From Minisyncoccota bacterium (GTDB taxonomy: Bacteria > Patescibacteriota > Minisyncoccia > UBA6257 > 2-01-FULL-56-20): a stretch of DNA of 64,000 nucleotides. Positions 17,703 through 26,578 of the stretch are shown piece by piece. Under the pieces are notes generated by a model. The model did no database searches. It worked only from the letters and a program-made list of their open reading frames with translations, and was not told the DNA's origin. Every line of letters begins with the position of its first letter. The stretch's first letter is position 1. The stretch covers positions 1,757 to 65,756 of the forward strand of contig DATAXS010000006.1 of NCBI GenBank assembly GCA_036266715.1, read 5' to 3'. The position numbers and the translations under genes are program-made.

Positions 17703-19312
17703 TAATTTACTACGGATAAAGTGGCAGACGACGTGGACGACGCCTGTTCCGTGCTCGGTGTGCCCGCCGCGCCCGCACCGCCCGAAACGGCATACGAATT
17801 TACGATTGTCTGCATATCCGCGAGCGTGGTGTTGTTGTAGTTCAGCTGGTAGACGTAGAGCGTGAGGTCCGGGGAAAAGTTCTGTTCGTAGAGGCGCTGG
17901 TAATGTGTTTCAAAATACATTTGAAGATCGCTTTCATACCCCTGGTTGTAGCTCAAGATGAGATAGAGCTTTTGGTAGTTCCCGAATGTCCCCACGTTCG
18001 CCGCGAGCGTGCTTGTGGTGAACGCGGGGATGGGACCGGACACGAGCTGGTCCCAGACGGGGAGCGTGGTCAGCGTGGCGCTCCCGGTGTAGTAGTACTC
18101 AAAGGGATAGACGGTGAATGGCGCGGAAACGGCCACGATGTCCCGGCTTGATGCGTTCGCCGAAACATAGGAGGCCACTTGGGAATAATCTTCTTTGACC
18201 GACGCCTGCGGGTTCACCGTTTGTATCTGGAGCATGACGACCATAAACCCTGCGAGCGCGAACTTCCCGACCGTGGCTGCGGATTGCGGATAGAACGAGA
18301 AGAACCAGGCGACCGCGAGACAGAACGATGGGAAGAAACCGATGAAATAGCGCGAAAGATAGAACGGCTCAATGACGTGGCTTAATGCCGCTGCGAGGAC
18401 GATGGGTACGATTGCTGCCGCAGTAAAGTAAACGCCTTCCGGCGACACCTTCTGGTTTTTTTGGAGCGCAAAAAAAAGCAGTAGCGTAAGGAGTGGCCAT
18501 GCGGAAAGAATAGCAGTGTTCAAGGGGTCTGCCTGGAAACCAAAGAGGAAGTTGGAGAATGTATTAAAGACATCAACCGTGGAAGGCGCCGTGAGCTTTG
18601 GCGTGGTGTTTGCGCCGAAGCCGCCCAGCGTGTGGACGTAGTAGAGCCACGGGACAAAGAGTGCCGCAAGAATGAGCGTGATCATCACAAAATTCCTCAA
18701 AGAGTGTTTGGGGAATATTTTGTGGTAGGCGATATAGAAAAGCCCGTCCACGCCGAGCATAAGAAGGAAGAAGTAATGGGTGTAGATCCCCAAAAGACAG
18801 GAAAAGAAATAACCGAACCAATATGCCTTCCGATGCTCCGGCTTTCCCTTAAAGAGAAGGATAAAAAATATTTGGCTTGCCACGGTGACGAGCGTGAGCA
18901 GGCTGTACATCCGGATAATGCTCCCGTACCAGTTGGTAAACGGGGAAATGGTAAAAAGGATGGTGGCAAAAATGGAGAGCGATTCATTGAACGCTATTTT
19001 TCCCAAGTAATACACGAGAGGAATGGTCACAAGGTAAAAAATGAGCGAGAGCAGGCGCGCGACCGTGACCGAGCTACCGAAGAGCATCAGCCAGTAGTGG
19101 AGCATGATGTGGTAGAGCGGCACGTGCACGTCCTGGCCCACCACGTAGAATATTCCCGTAAAGGTGTGCTCCGCCTGCCAGAGGGTTTGCGATTCATCCA
19201 GCCCGATGCTCTGCGGCATCATATAAAACATTGAGAAGAGGAAGGCAAAAACGACGAGCCCGATGAGAATGTAGGGTATGTAGACGCGTTTCATTGCGCG
19301 GCGCAAAGACAA
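17696..19312 (-). CDS. GT-C fold membrane glycosyltransferase (GT39/PMT_2/ArnT-like)
   Basis: 538 aa with more than 10 TM helices. First-loop 'DESQTLWQA' and 'DVHVPLYHIMLHYW' (DE motif and HPPLY-like). Its 3' end overlaps the convergent GH6 gene by 7 nt. Confidence 0.65.
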   Translation of the reverse strand: MSLRRAMKRVYIPYILIGLVVFAFLFSMFYMMPQSIGLDESQTLWQAEHTFTGIFYVVGQDVHVPLYHIMLHYWLMLFGSSVTVARLLSLIFYLVTIPLVYYLGKIAFNESLSIFATILFTISPFTNWYGSIIRMYSLLTLVTVASQIFFILLFKGKPEHRKAYWFGYFFSCLLGIYTHYFFLLMLGVDGLFYIAYHKIFPKHSLRNFVMITLILAALFVPWLYYVHTLGGFGANTTPKLTAPSTVDVFNTFSNFLFGFQADPLNTAILSAWPLLTLLLFFALQKNQKVSPEGVYFTAAAIVPIVLAAALSHVIEPFYLSRYFIGFFPSFCLAVAWFFSFYPQSAATVGKFALAGFMVVMLQIQTVNPQASVKEDYSQVASYVSANASSRDIVAVSAPFTVYPFEYYYTGSATLTTLPVWDQLVSGPIPAFTTSTLAANVGTFGNYQKLYLILSYNQGYESDLQMYFETHYQRLYEQNFSPDLTLYVYQLNYNNTTLADMQTIVNSYAVSGGAGAAGTPSTEQASSTSSATLSVVNYQ

Positions 19313-19315
19313 TTT

Positions 19316-20863
19316 TTATATTTCGACTTCTTGGTTTTGGGTGGCTTGGAGCAATGCGGAGACCGTCATCGGTTCCTGTGTTTGCGGCGCGGCGGCGCGC
19401 ACGTATTTGGCAAAGACGACCGCATTGATGAGGCCCCACGAAAAGTTCGCGACCCAGGCGGGCGTCACGACGCCATGCGCGTGCACGACGGAATATGCCG
19501 CGCCCGCGACGACGAGCGGGATGTACGCCATTTGAGCAACCGTCAAATAAAGGAAGTTGCCGCGCTGGGCCCGTTTGGGCGTAATGGAGAATCCGGATTT
19601 CCTGCGGAAGAAAGAGGCGACCGACGAGGCAATGTGGATTTGGAATCCCGCGACCGAGAACGCGAGCGCGCGGTAAGTGAAGGAAGAATTGGAGGAGCGC
19701 TGGATGGTGTAGAGCATGAGCAGTATGTAGGGAATGAAGACGGTCGCGAGCGCCATCGTGGAGGTTTGGATGGGGAACTGTCCGGTAAAGAAGAACATAA
19801 GAGGAATAATGGCATCAATGAGCACCACCCACCCTGAAAGGAAGTAGCTCACCGAGGAGAGATATTGCATGCGCTGTTTGAACGTGATCCCGCGCGTAAA
19901 GAGCAGGTTGTGCTGGAAGATGAGGTCCAGGCTGCCGCGCGCCCAGCGTGCCTGCTGTTTTGTGTAGGCAAGGAAATCTTCCGGTGCCAAGCCGCGGGCA
20001 AGCACCTTCGGCACGTAGAGCGACTTCCAGCCGTTCTTATGGAGGAAAAATCCGGTAATGAAATCCTCGGCGATGCTGCCCTCGTACATGCCGCCGACCT
20101 CCATGAGCGCCGTGCGACGCACTACCATGTTCGTGCCGCACATGGTGACCGCATTCAGGCGGTTTTTCCCTTTGCAGATGGGGCCAAAGAAGAGCGACTG
20201 CTGTTCCCACGCGCCACCCGCCACGAAGTTGGTTTCGCTGTTCTTGTAAAATTGCGGCGTTTGCACAAAGGCGAGTTGGGAATCCGCAAAATAGGGGACG
20301 GTCTCGCGGAGAAACTCCGGCTTGGGAATATGGTCCGAATCAAAGAATGCCACGAACGGGCTCTCGGTGACGGACAGGCCGTTATTGATGTTGCCGGCTT
20401 TCGCCCCGCGCGGCTTCCGGCGCGTAATGCAATTCACGCCGAGCTGGTCCGCAAGGCGCACCACGTCGGCCCAGTTCTCTTTTTTTGCCACATAGCCATC
20501 GTTCAAAATAAACACGTAAAAGTTGGGGTAATCCATGGCGAGCGCGCCGCGCACGGTTGCTTCTATCACGTCAATCGGCTCGCCCGCCACGGTGATAAAG
20601 ACATCCACGGGCGGCGTGAATTGCGGGTCTTTCGGCACATCGTGCTCCGTGTCCCAGATGGTCCAGATAAAGGTGATGGCTTGCCAGAGGTGGAAGACCT
20701 CGCCGAAAATAAGAAGCCAGAAAAGGACCAACTCTCCTTTTTGGAAGAAGAACGCGATCATAAAGAAATAAAAGAGCGCAAGCAGGATGTTCACCGCAAG
20801 GAGAAGTTTGGGAACCTGAGTATTTTTAAGAAATTGTTCGTCGTGCATTGGATGTTGTTGCAA
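19316..20863 (-). CDS. processive GT2 beta-glycan synthase (cellulose-synthase BcsA-like, no PilZ domain)
   Basis: 'DVFITVAGEP', 'FFDSDH' (DxD), 'IAEDFITG' ((T/A)ED), 'QQARWARGSL' (QxxRW), flanked by TM helices. The C-terminus has no RxxxR/DxSxxG PilZ signature. Confidence 0.8.
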   Translation of the reverse strand: MQQHPMHDEQFLKNTQVPKLLLAVNILLALFYFFMIAFFFQKGELVLFWLLIFGEVFHLWQAITFIWTIWDTEHDVPKDPQFTPPVDVFITVAGEPIDVIEATVRGALAMDYPNFYVFILNDGYVAKKENWADVVRLADQLGVNCITRRKPRGAKAGNINNGLSVTESPFVAFFDSDHIPKPEFLRETVPYFADSQLAFVQTPQFYKNSETNFVAGGAWEQQSLFFGPICKGKNRLNAVTMCGTNMVVRRTALMEVGGMYEGSIAEDFITGFFLHKNGWKSLYVPKVLARGLAPEDFLAYTKQQARWARGSLDLIFQHNLLFTRGITFKQRMQYLSSVSYFLSGWVVLIDAIIPLMFFFTGQFPIQTSTMALATVFIPYILLMLYTIQRSSNSSFTYRALAFSVAGFQIHIASSVASFFRRKSGFSITPKRAQRGNFLYLTVAQMAYIPLVVAGAAYSVVHAHGVVTPAWVANFSWGLINAVVFAKYVRAAAPQTQEPMTVSALLQATQNQEVEI

Positions 20864-20865
20864 AG

Positions 20866-22263
20866 TTATTGTGAGAAGTTGAGGGCAAAAAGGTTGGGGA
20901 GGTCGTTATTGTAGAGCGCCATCCCGAACCATGCGATATTGGAGTCGTAGTAGCTGAGTGGCAGGCGCCACGTCTGCGTGTCGGGGTCATAAAGCGATTG
21001 GAGCTTTTCCGTATAGACCGTGTTGCTGTCTGCGGGATCTGCGACCATGAAGTATCCTATTGTGCCGCCATATACGGCAGGATCCTGGTAGAGCGGCGGG
21101 ACGGGAGTCCCGTCGTGCGCATAGACCGCGTCAAGAATCTGTTGTTTGTCCCATTGATCGGTAAGAAAGTGGAGTTTTTGGAGCACGGCTTCCGCGCGCG
21201 GGTCCTTGTTCCATTCCCAGTCAAGCGCGATGCGGAAGGGAACGCGGAGCGCATCGTAGCCGAAGTTCGTGTCTTCGCCGGAACTGGCTGCGGGAGCGGA
21301 GAGGCTGCCGGTAGTCGTGTCCATGACGACCCAGTCCGGCGGCAGGTCCGCGCTCGTCGCGCTTGTTGAAGCGTCGAGCGGAAGCGCAATACTGTTATCC
21401 AATACTTGGTATGAAGTGTTGATGAGACCGTTCCAGTCATCCGAAGGATCCACTTGGGCGAAGATGCGGTAGGCGTACGGGGCGAAGTACGAAGGGTCAA
21501 TGGGCTGCATTTCCTGCGTCTTTTCGGCGCTCGTCAGATTGTTGGGCGCGAGGTATGGTTCATTGTTTGCAATAAACACCTCGTTCGCCCAGATGCTCTT
21601 GACGATGGGGATCGCGGCCTCAAGGTACGCGGGGTTTTGCCAGCGCGCATAGGCGAAGATGAGCGAGAGGGCAATGTCCGTGTCGGCATCGCTCGCGCTG
21701 TTCTCCCCATTTTGTGCAACGATGACCCCGCCCGTTGTGTTACCGCCGCCGTTTCCCGCGGTAGTGGAAGGCCCCCAGAGCCACGAAAAGAGATTGTCGC
21801 TCCGTTGGAGGTTCGTTTGGGTCCACTTCCAGCTGGCATCGAAAGTCGGTTCGTCATCCATCCAGACCGCGCGGAGCATCGTGTATCCTTCGCCCTCGGA
21901 AGTACTGTCGTTGCTTCGCTCGGTGTCGAACGTGCGCCCGCTTGAGGGGTCGATATAAGATCCTTTGTAGTTTTCCCAGAGCGACGCGAGCATGGTCTTG
22001 TTCGAAAACACGGGTTCGGAAAGCGTTTGGGAATTCTTTTGGTAGTACCAGGTGCCGAGGAGCGTAACGCCGCCAAGCGCAAGGAAGATGACGCCAAATA
22101 TTTTTGCCAAAAAATGATTCCGCGCGGTACCAAGGATGAGAAGTAGTATTCCGGCCACGAGTACGGCGGCTGCGATCACGATGAGTGTGACGAACGTGCC
22201 GTGCGTGAGCGCGTTTGAAGGGTAGTAGTCGTAGTTAAAACTTGTGGAAACGGTGGTAGGCAT
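20866..22263 (-). CDS. membrane-anchored GH8 endoglucanase (BcsZ-like)
   Basis: Matches the GH8 signature: 'ASDADTDIALSLIFAYARW'. Also 'STSEGEGYTMLRAV'. N-terminal TM anchor. Start at ATG 22263 ('MPTTVS'), because the longer ORF to 22413 runs into the upstream gene. Confidence 0.8.
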   Translation of the reverse strand: MPTTVSTSFNYDYYPSNALTHGTFVTLIVIAAAVLVAGILLLILGTARNHFLAKIFGVIFLALGGVTLLGTWYYQKNSQTLSEPVFSNKTMLASLWENYKGSYIDPSSGRTFDTERSNDSTSEGEGYTMLRAVWMDDEPTFDASWKWTQTNLQRSDNLFSWLWGPSTTAGNGGGNTTGGVIVAQNGENSASDADTDIALSLIFAYARWQNPAYLEAAIPIVKSIWANEVFIANNEPYLAPNNLTSAEKTQEMQPIDPSYFAPYAYRIFAQVDPSDDWNGLINTSYQVLDNSIALPLDASTSATSADLPPDWVVMDTTTGSLSAPAASSGEDTNFGYDALRVPFRIALDWEWNKDPRAEAVLQKLHFLTDQWDKQQILDAVYAHDGTPVPPLYQDPAVYGGTIGYFMVADPADSNTVYTEKLQSLYDPDTQTWRLPLSYYDSNIAWFGMALYNNDLPNLFALNFSQ

Positions 22264-22303
22264 GTGTGTGGATTTGATACGCCGTGCGGCGGTGCGCGTT
22301 ACG

Positions 22304-24187
22304 TTAATAAAGTTTGTAAATAAATATGGTGGTGCCCACGCGATAGTCGGGTGGCGGTACGCCACCCATGCCCGGCGCGGGCGCGCGGAACGCGGTGAGC
22401 CAGGAATATTCATCGCTCGGGTCGCGCGCGTAGCCTGGCGCGGCCGGCTGGATGGCGTCCTGGAGATTGTTTATGGAAACTGCAAAATACTCTATGCCCT
22501 GCGACGCGGGATTGCCCATGGAAGAATTCCACGCCACGTATTTATTGCCCAAGTAATATGCCGGATTGGAACCGCCAAAGAAGTCCAACGCGAGCTGGTT
22601 CACTTGGGGGTTCTGGTTCATCCACGCTTGCAGGGCGAGCATGTCCTGGCCCCAATCGTAGTTGGAGTCTGTTACGTAGCGGTAGCCGTTTTCCGTCCCG
22701 TCACCGAGCTCGTTGAAGTACGAGAGGAAGTGCGGGTAAGCAAATGCTGTTTCGCCGAGCGACCATACGAGCATTGCTCCCACAAACGCGCCCTTCCACG
22801 AGAATTTGCTTCCATTGCCCGCCGCCGCGCCCGCTCGCGGCGCAAACCAGCGGCGGAGCGAGCTCGTCGCGAGAACATACATGAGCGGAATGGTGGGTAG
22901 GAGGTGCCGCACGCCGATGTTCAGCGTGCTTTCTATGCTGATGCCCCAATAGACCACCACAAAAACAAACATGGCGAATTGCGGGAATTCTTCCCGTATG
23001 TAGCTCCAGAACCGACTTTTCCGCTTCAGAATGACGGCGATGATCCTTGCAAGCGCAAGGATGGCCGCGAGCACGAGGAGGATGAGGACCGGCAATGTTT
23101 CCTTGAGCGCGTAGACGACGGGGAAGTAGAGGTGCGTGCCGTAGGAGTAGACCTTGCCGAGAAAGTAGCTTGTGTTGCCGCCCGTGAGGCGCTCAAAGTC
23201 CATGATCTCGCCAAGGAGATATTCCGCCATCGGACGCGTGAGGGGATTTCCCGCGGCCTTGATGTCAAGTTTCGCCAAGCACGTGACGGGATGGGTCGGC
23301 TCGCATGTGCCGGACGCAATCCCGCCGACGATGGATACTGTATCCGAAAGTTGGCGTGCGGGCGGATACCCGGCCGTAAAGATCGCATAGAGCGGATAGA
23401 CGATGACCGCATACCCGATGACGCCAATAAGCAGGAAGTAGCCGATATATTTTAAAAGCCGGCGGAAAAAGGAGCGCGCACGCTGTGCGGCGAACGGATC
23501 TTTTTTCCAGTCGCGTACCACGGTACCAAGAAAATCGAAAAGCAAAAGGATGGCAATCACCGGGATGAGGATGAGGTCGGAAAATTTCATGACCTGCGCG
23601 ATGCCGAGCCCGATCCCGGCGATAAACAAATTCTTTGCGCCGGGTTTTTGCATAAAGCGCACGAAACAGAATAATCCAAAGACCGCGCCGAATGCCGCAG
23701 CGATGTCCGTCGTCACGTAATGCCCGTTTGCGAGGATGACGGGCGAGAGGCCGACCATGGTCGCCGGCAGGAATGCCCATGTGTACCCAAAAAGCTTTGC
23801 GGCCCAAAAATAGGTGAGCAGGATGAGTCCGAGCGTGAGGAGCATGGGGAACAGCCGTGCCCAGCCGATGATGGCAGAGGCGCTGTTTCCCAAGCCGAAC
23901 AAAAATGCGCCGCCTACGCCCCATTCGCCGTTCACGGAGGTCGTCCAAAAGGAATTGGTATCCGGGAACTGCAGGTGCAGGAAGAGGAGCGGGACGGCGG
24001 CGAGCGCCTTAAGCAGAGGGGGATGTTCGGGATTCAGGCGGTAATCAAAACGGGTGATGTAGGCGTATCCGGCGGGAATATGCGCAAGTTCGTCCACCAC
24101 GGCGGACTCGCCCTGTGCACTTCCCCACATAAGCGCAAAACTCAGTGCACAAAGCACGAGAAGCGCGATTCGCGTTTTCTTCGTCAT
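22304..24187 (-). CDS. GT-C fold glycosyltransferase family 39 (polyprenyl-phosphate-sugar dependent)
   Basis: 'VDELAHIPAGYAY', 'NPEHPPLLKALAAVPL', more than 10 TM helices and a large C-terminal extracytoplasmic domain. Confidence 0.75.
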   Translation of the reverse strand: MTKKTRIALLVLCALSFALMWGSAQGESAVVDELAHIPAGYAYITRFDYRLNPEHPPLLKALAAVPLLFLHLQFPDTNSFWTTSVNGEWGVGGAFLFGLGNSASAIIGWARLFPMLLTLGLILLTYFWAAKLFGYTWAFLPATMVGLSPVILANGHYVTTDIAAAFGAVFGLFCFVRFMQKPGAKNLFIAGIGLGIAQVMKFSDLILIPVIAILLLFDFLGTVVRDWKKDPFAAQRARSFFRRLLKYIGYFLLIGVIGYAVIVYPLYAIFTAGYPPARQLSDTVSIVGGIASGTCEPTHPVTCLAKLDIKAAGNPLTRPMAEYLLGEIMDFERLTGGNTSYFLGKVYSYGTHLYFPVVYALKETLPVLILLVLAAILALARIIAVILKRKSRFWSYIREEFPQFAMFVFVVVYWGISIESTLNIGVRHLLPTIPLMYVLATSSLRRWFAPRAGAAAGNGSKFSWKGAFVGAMLVWSLGETAFAYPHFLSYFNELGDGTENGYRYVTDSNYDWGQDMLALQAWMNQNPQVNQLALDFFGGSNPAYYLGNKYVAWNSSMGNPASQGIEYFAVSINNLQDAIQPAAPGYARDPSDEYSWLTAFRAPAPGMGGVPPPDYRVGTTIFIYKLY

Positions 24188-24322
24188 AATGATGGCTCCA
24201 TATTCTTTTTTTAATTTTCAAGAAATAAAGATGATATCGCCATGAAGGCGCGCGCGGGCAGGTGCGCGCCGGGCGCACAAAAAACGCGCGCACCGATGAT
24301 CGCGGATCGCGCGCGGATTTTG

Positions 24323-24826
24323 CTAGCGGCTTTTCTTCGCAACGATCTTCGTCGTGGCGTCGCTCTCCATTTTGTCCAAAACGTTTTGTGCGGCGAGAAT
24401 GCGGAGCTCTTCCGCCATGTGGATGCGTTCGCGGAGCTCGGTTGTGGAGAAGCCATGGTCGCGACCGTTGAAGTGCACGCGGTACGGCAGGTCCCAGCCG
24501 GTAAATTTCTTTCCTTTCCAATCCGCGCCGATGATGCGCACGTCGTAACGGACGATTTTCAAAAGGTCATAAAGATCGGCTTCCGTGGAGTAGTACACGA
24601 TCTCGTCCACGTACTTGATGCTTTGGAGAATAATGCGCCGTTCCTCAAAGGACATGACGGGTTTGTTCTTTACCTTCTCCCGATAGCCGGGATCAAGCGT
24701 GGGATCGGTCTGCAGGGCGACAATGAGATAGTCGCAGACCTCCTTGCAGTCCTTGAACATGAGCATGTGCCCGGCGTGGCAAAGGTCGAACGCGCCGCAG
24801 GTGAAACCGACGTTGTATTTTTTCAT
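24323..24826 (-). CDS. cytidylyltransferase, glycerol-3-phosphate cytidylyltransferase (TagD)-like
   Basis: 'GFTCGAFDLCHAGHMLMF' (HxGH), 'SFEERRIILQSIKYVDEIV', 'IIGADWKGK'. ATG 24826 ('MKKYNVG') preferred over the ORF-track start 24979. Confidence 0.75.
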   Translation of the reverse strand: MKKYNVGFTCGAFDLCHAGHMLMFKDCKEVCDYLIVALQTDPTLDPGYREKVKNKPVMSFEERRIILQSIKYVDEIVYYSTEADLYDLLKIVRYDVRIIGADWKGKKFTGWDLPYRVHFNGRDHGFSTTELRERIHMAEELRILAAQNVLDKMESDATTKIVAKKSR

Positions 24827-25025
24827 AATTGCAATTTTCGCATTGGGGAGATTAAAAATTTGTGAAGACCCTGCATATTTCCGGTTCATCGCCCGTTCAC
24901 TGGCCCTCCGTTTTAATAAGTATAAAAGCCGCGCACGCAGTGAGCAACCATGGCGGTTGGCGCCGCGTGCGACGCGCAATAAATAAAAAGGTCAATTGGT
25001 AAAAATAAGCAAATAAATAAAAACA

Positions 25026-26495
25026 ATGTTTATAAAAACAAAAAAGTGGAAAAAAGTGGTCTTGTCGCTCGTGCTCGGCGTGGCAGTGGTGGCGCTCGGT
25101 GCCTTTGCCGTCACGCGGGCGCAGATGGTCTCCTCGCTCTCCATCGCTTCGTCTTCGGCGAGCGACCAGAGTTCCCTGCTTTCGGTCACCTCGGTGGATG
25201 AGACCACGGATACCAGCTTGCTCACGGGGAATGCCACGAGTTCCGTTTCGGTGGGGCTCATAAGCCAGGACGGCGCGAACACGAACGGTGTTTCCGTCGC
25301 GGTCCAGCTTCTGCAGAACGGCAACGTGATCCAGCAGGCCGTCTACAGCAACCAGAACATTCTCCATGAGAGCCCGCAGACATATTGGCTTTCGTTCTCC
25401 GGCGTTCCGAACGGAACGTACACCGTTGCGGTCGTGGTCAATAACCCCGACGGCAGCGTGAACGCGTCCTTTAGCAATCTCGGCTCGGTCGTAGTGTCAG
25501 GGAGTACCGTTACCTCAACCTCCACGACTACTTCCACCGCCGCGAACGCGATCCAGATAATACCCACGAGCTTGCCCGACGCGACCGCTTCCAGTTCGTA
25601 TTCTGAGACGCTTACCGCCTCGACTACGATGAGCGGTCCCTTCACGTGGAGCCTTGCTTCCGGGACGTTGCCGGACGGCCTTTCGCTTGATACGTCGGCC
25701 ACGAGCAGCATGGCTACGCTCTCCGGCACGCCGACCACGGTAGGGTCATCCACGTTCGCGGTGAATGTGGCGAACGCCACGAGTTCCGCGTCGCAGACGT
25801 ACACGCTGAGCGTTGATGCGCCCGCGAGCGGCACGCCCACGCCAACCTATGCGGTTCAGATAGTTCCCGCGTCGCTTCCCGATGCGACGGTAAGCAGTTC
25901 GTATTCGCAAACGCTCACCGCCTCCACGTCGGCAAGCACGTCATTCGCGTGGAACGTCGCTTCCGGGACGTTGCCGTCCGGGCTTAGCCTCAATACGGGC
26001 ATAAGCAGCACGACGGCCACCATCACGGGCACGCCGACTGCAGCAGGATCGTCCACGTTTACCATCGGCGCGACCGACGGGACGAACTCGTCTACGGAGT
26101 CATATACCTTGAGCGTGGATCCGTCGTCAACGACAACCACCACCACGAGCACGGCGACATCTTCCGGCGACCTCGCCATAAATAGCGTCTATGAGCCCGC
26201 GACGAGCGTGAATGCAAGCGATACGCAAACCACCATCACCCCATATCTCGTTTCCACGAACGGTGCGAATGTGGGCAATGTGACGGTGCAAGTAGCGCTT
26301 CAGCAAAACGGTACGGTGATTGATTCGCAGTCCTATGGCAACCAGGATATTCTCCACGAATACCCGCAGGCCTATCCGCTCACCACGTCGTCCACGCTTC
26401 CCGCCGGGACCTACACGATCGCCGTCACGGTCTATAACGCCGATAATTCGGTGAATGCTTCCTTCCCAAACCTTGGGACTCTTACGGTGACATAG
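25026..26495 (+). CDS. secreted surface protein: beta-sandwich - 2x He_PIG (putative Ig) - beta-sandwich
   Basis: Signal peptide. Two 'LPDAT.SSSYS.TLTAS....F.W..ASGTLP.GLSL.T......T..GTPT..GSSTF' repeats. The terminal domains resemble the GH6 repeat ('NGTYTVAVVVNNPDGSVNASF' and 'AGTYTIAVTVYNADNSVNASF'). Confidence 0.7.
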   Translation: MFIKTKKWKKVVLSLVLGVAVVALGAFAVTRAQMVSSLSIASSSASDQSSLLSVTSVDETTDTSLLTGNATSSVSVGLISQDGANTNGVSVAVQLLQNGNVIQQAVYSNQNILHESPQTYWLSFSGVPNGTYTVAVVVNNPDGSVNASFSNLGSVVVSGSTVTSTSTTTSTAANAIQIIPTSLPDATASSSYSETLTASTTMSGPFTWSLASGTLPDGLSLDTSATSSMATLSGTPTTVGSSTFAVNVANATSSASQTYTLSVDAPASGTPTPTYAVQIVPASLPDATVSSSYSQTLTASTSASTSFAWNVASGTLPSGLSLNTGISSTTATITGTPTAAGSSTFTIGATDGTNSSTESYTLSVDPSSTTTTTTSTATSSGDLAINSVYEPATSVNASDTQTTITPYLVSTNGANVGNVTVQVALQQNGTVIDSQSYGNQDILHEYPQAYPLTTSSTLPAGTYTIAVTVYNADNSVNASFPNLGTLTVT

Positions 26496-26541
26496 CCGCG
26501 CGGCGGCATTCAAAGCGAGTCAAGTAAAAATGACACAAAAC

Positions 26542-26565
26542 AAAACCCGGGATTTCCCGGGTTTT
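26542..26565. terminator. bidirectional intrinsic terminator
   Basis: AAAACCCGGG-ATTT-CCCGGGTTTT palindromic hairpin between convergent genes 25026..26495 (+) and 26579..27871 (-). Confidence 0.65.
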
Positions 26566-26578
26566 GTGGCATTAAGGG

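Noticed and set aside
19865-20914. 349-aa plus-strand ORF
   Set aside because: Antisense to the GT2 synthase gene, which has D/DxD/QxxRW motifs on the minus strand.
20866-22413. Long N-terminal extension of the GH8 ORF (start at 22413)
   Set aside because: The extension overlaps the 3' end of the upstream GT39 gene and is Arg/Pro/Trp-rich. ATG 22263 ('MPTTVS', just before the TM anchor) gives a sensible 40-nt intergenic gap.
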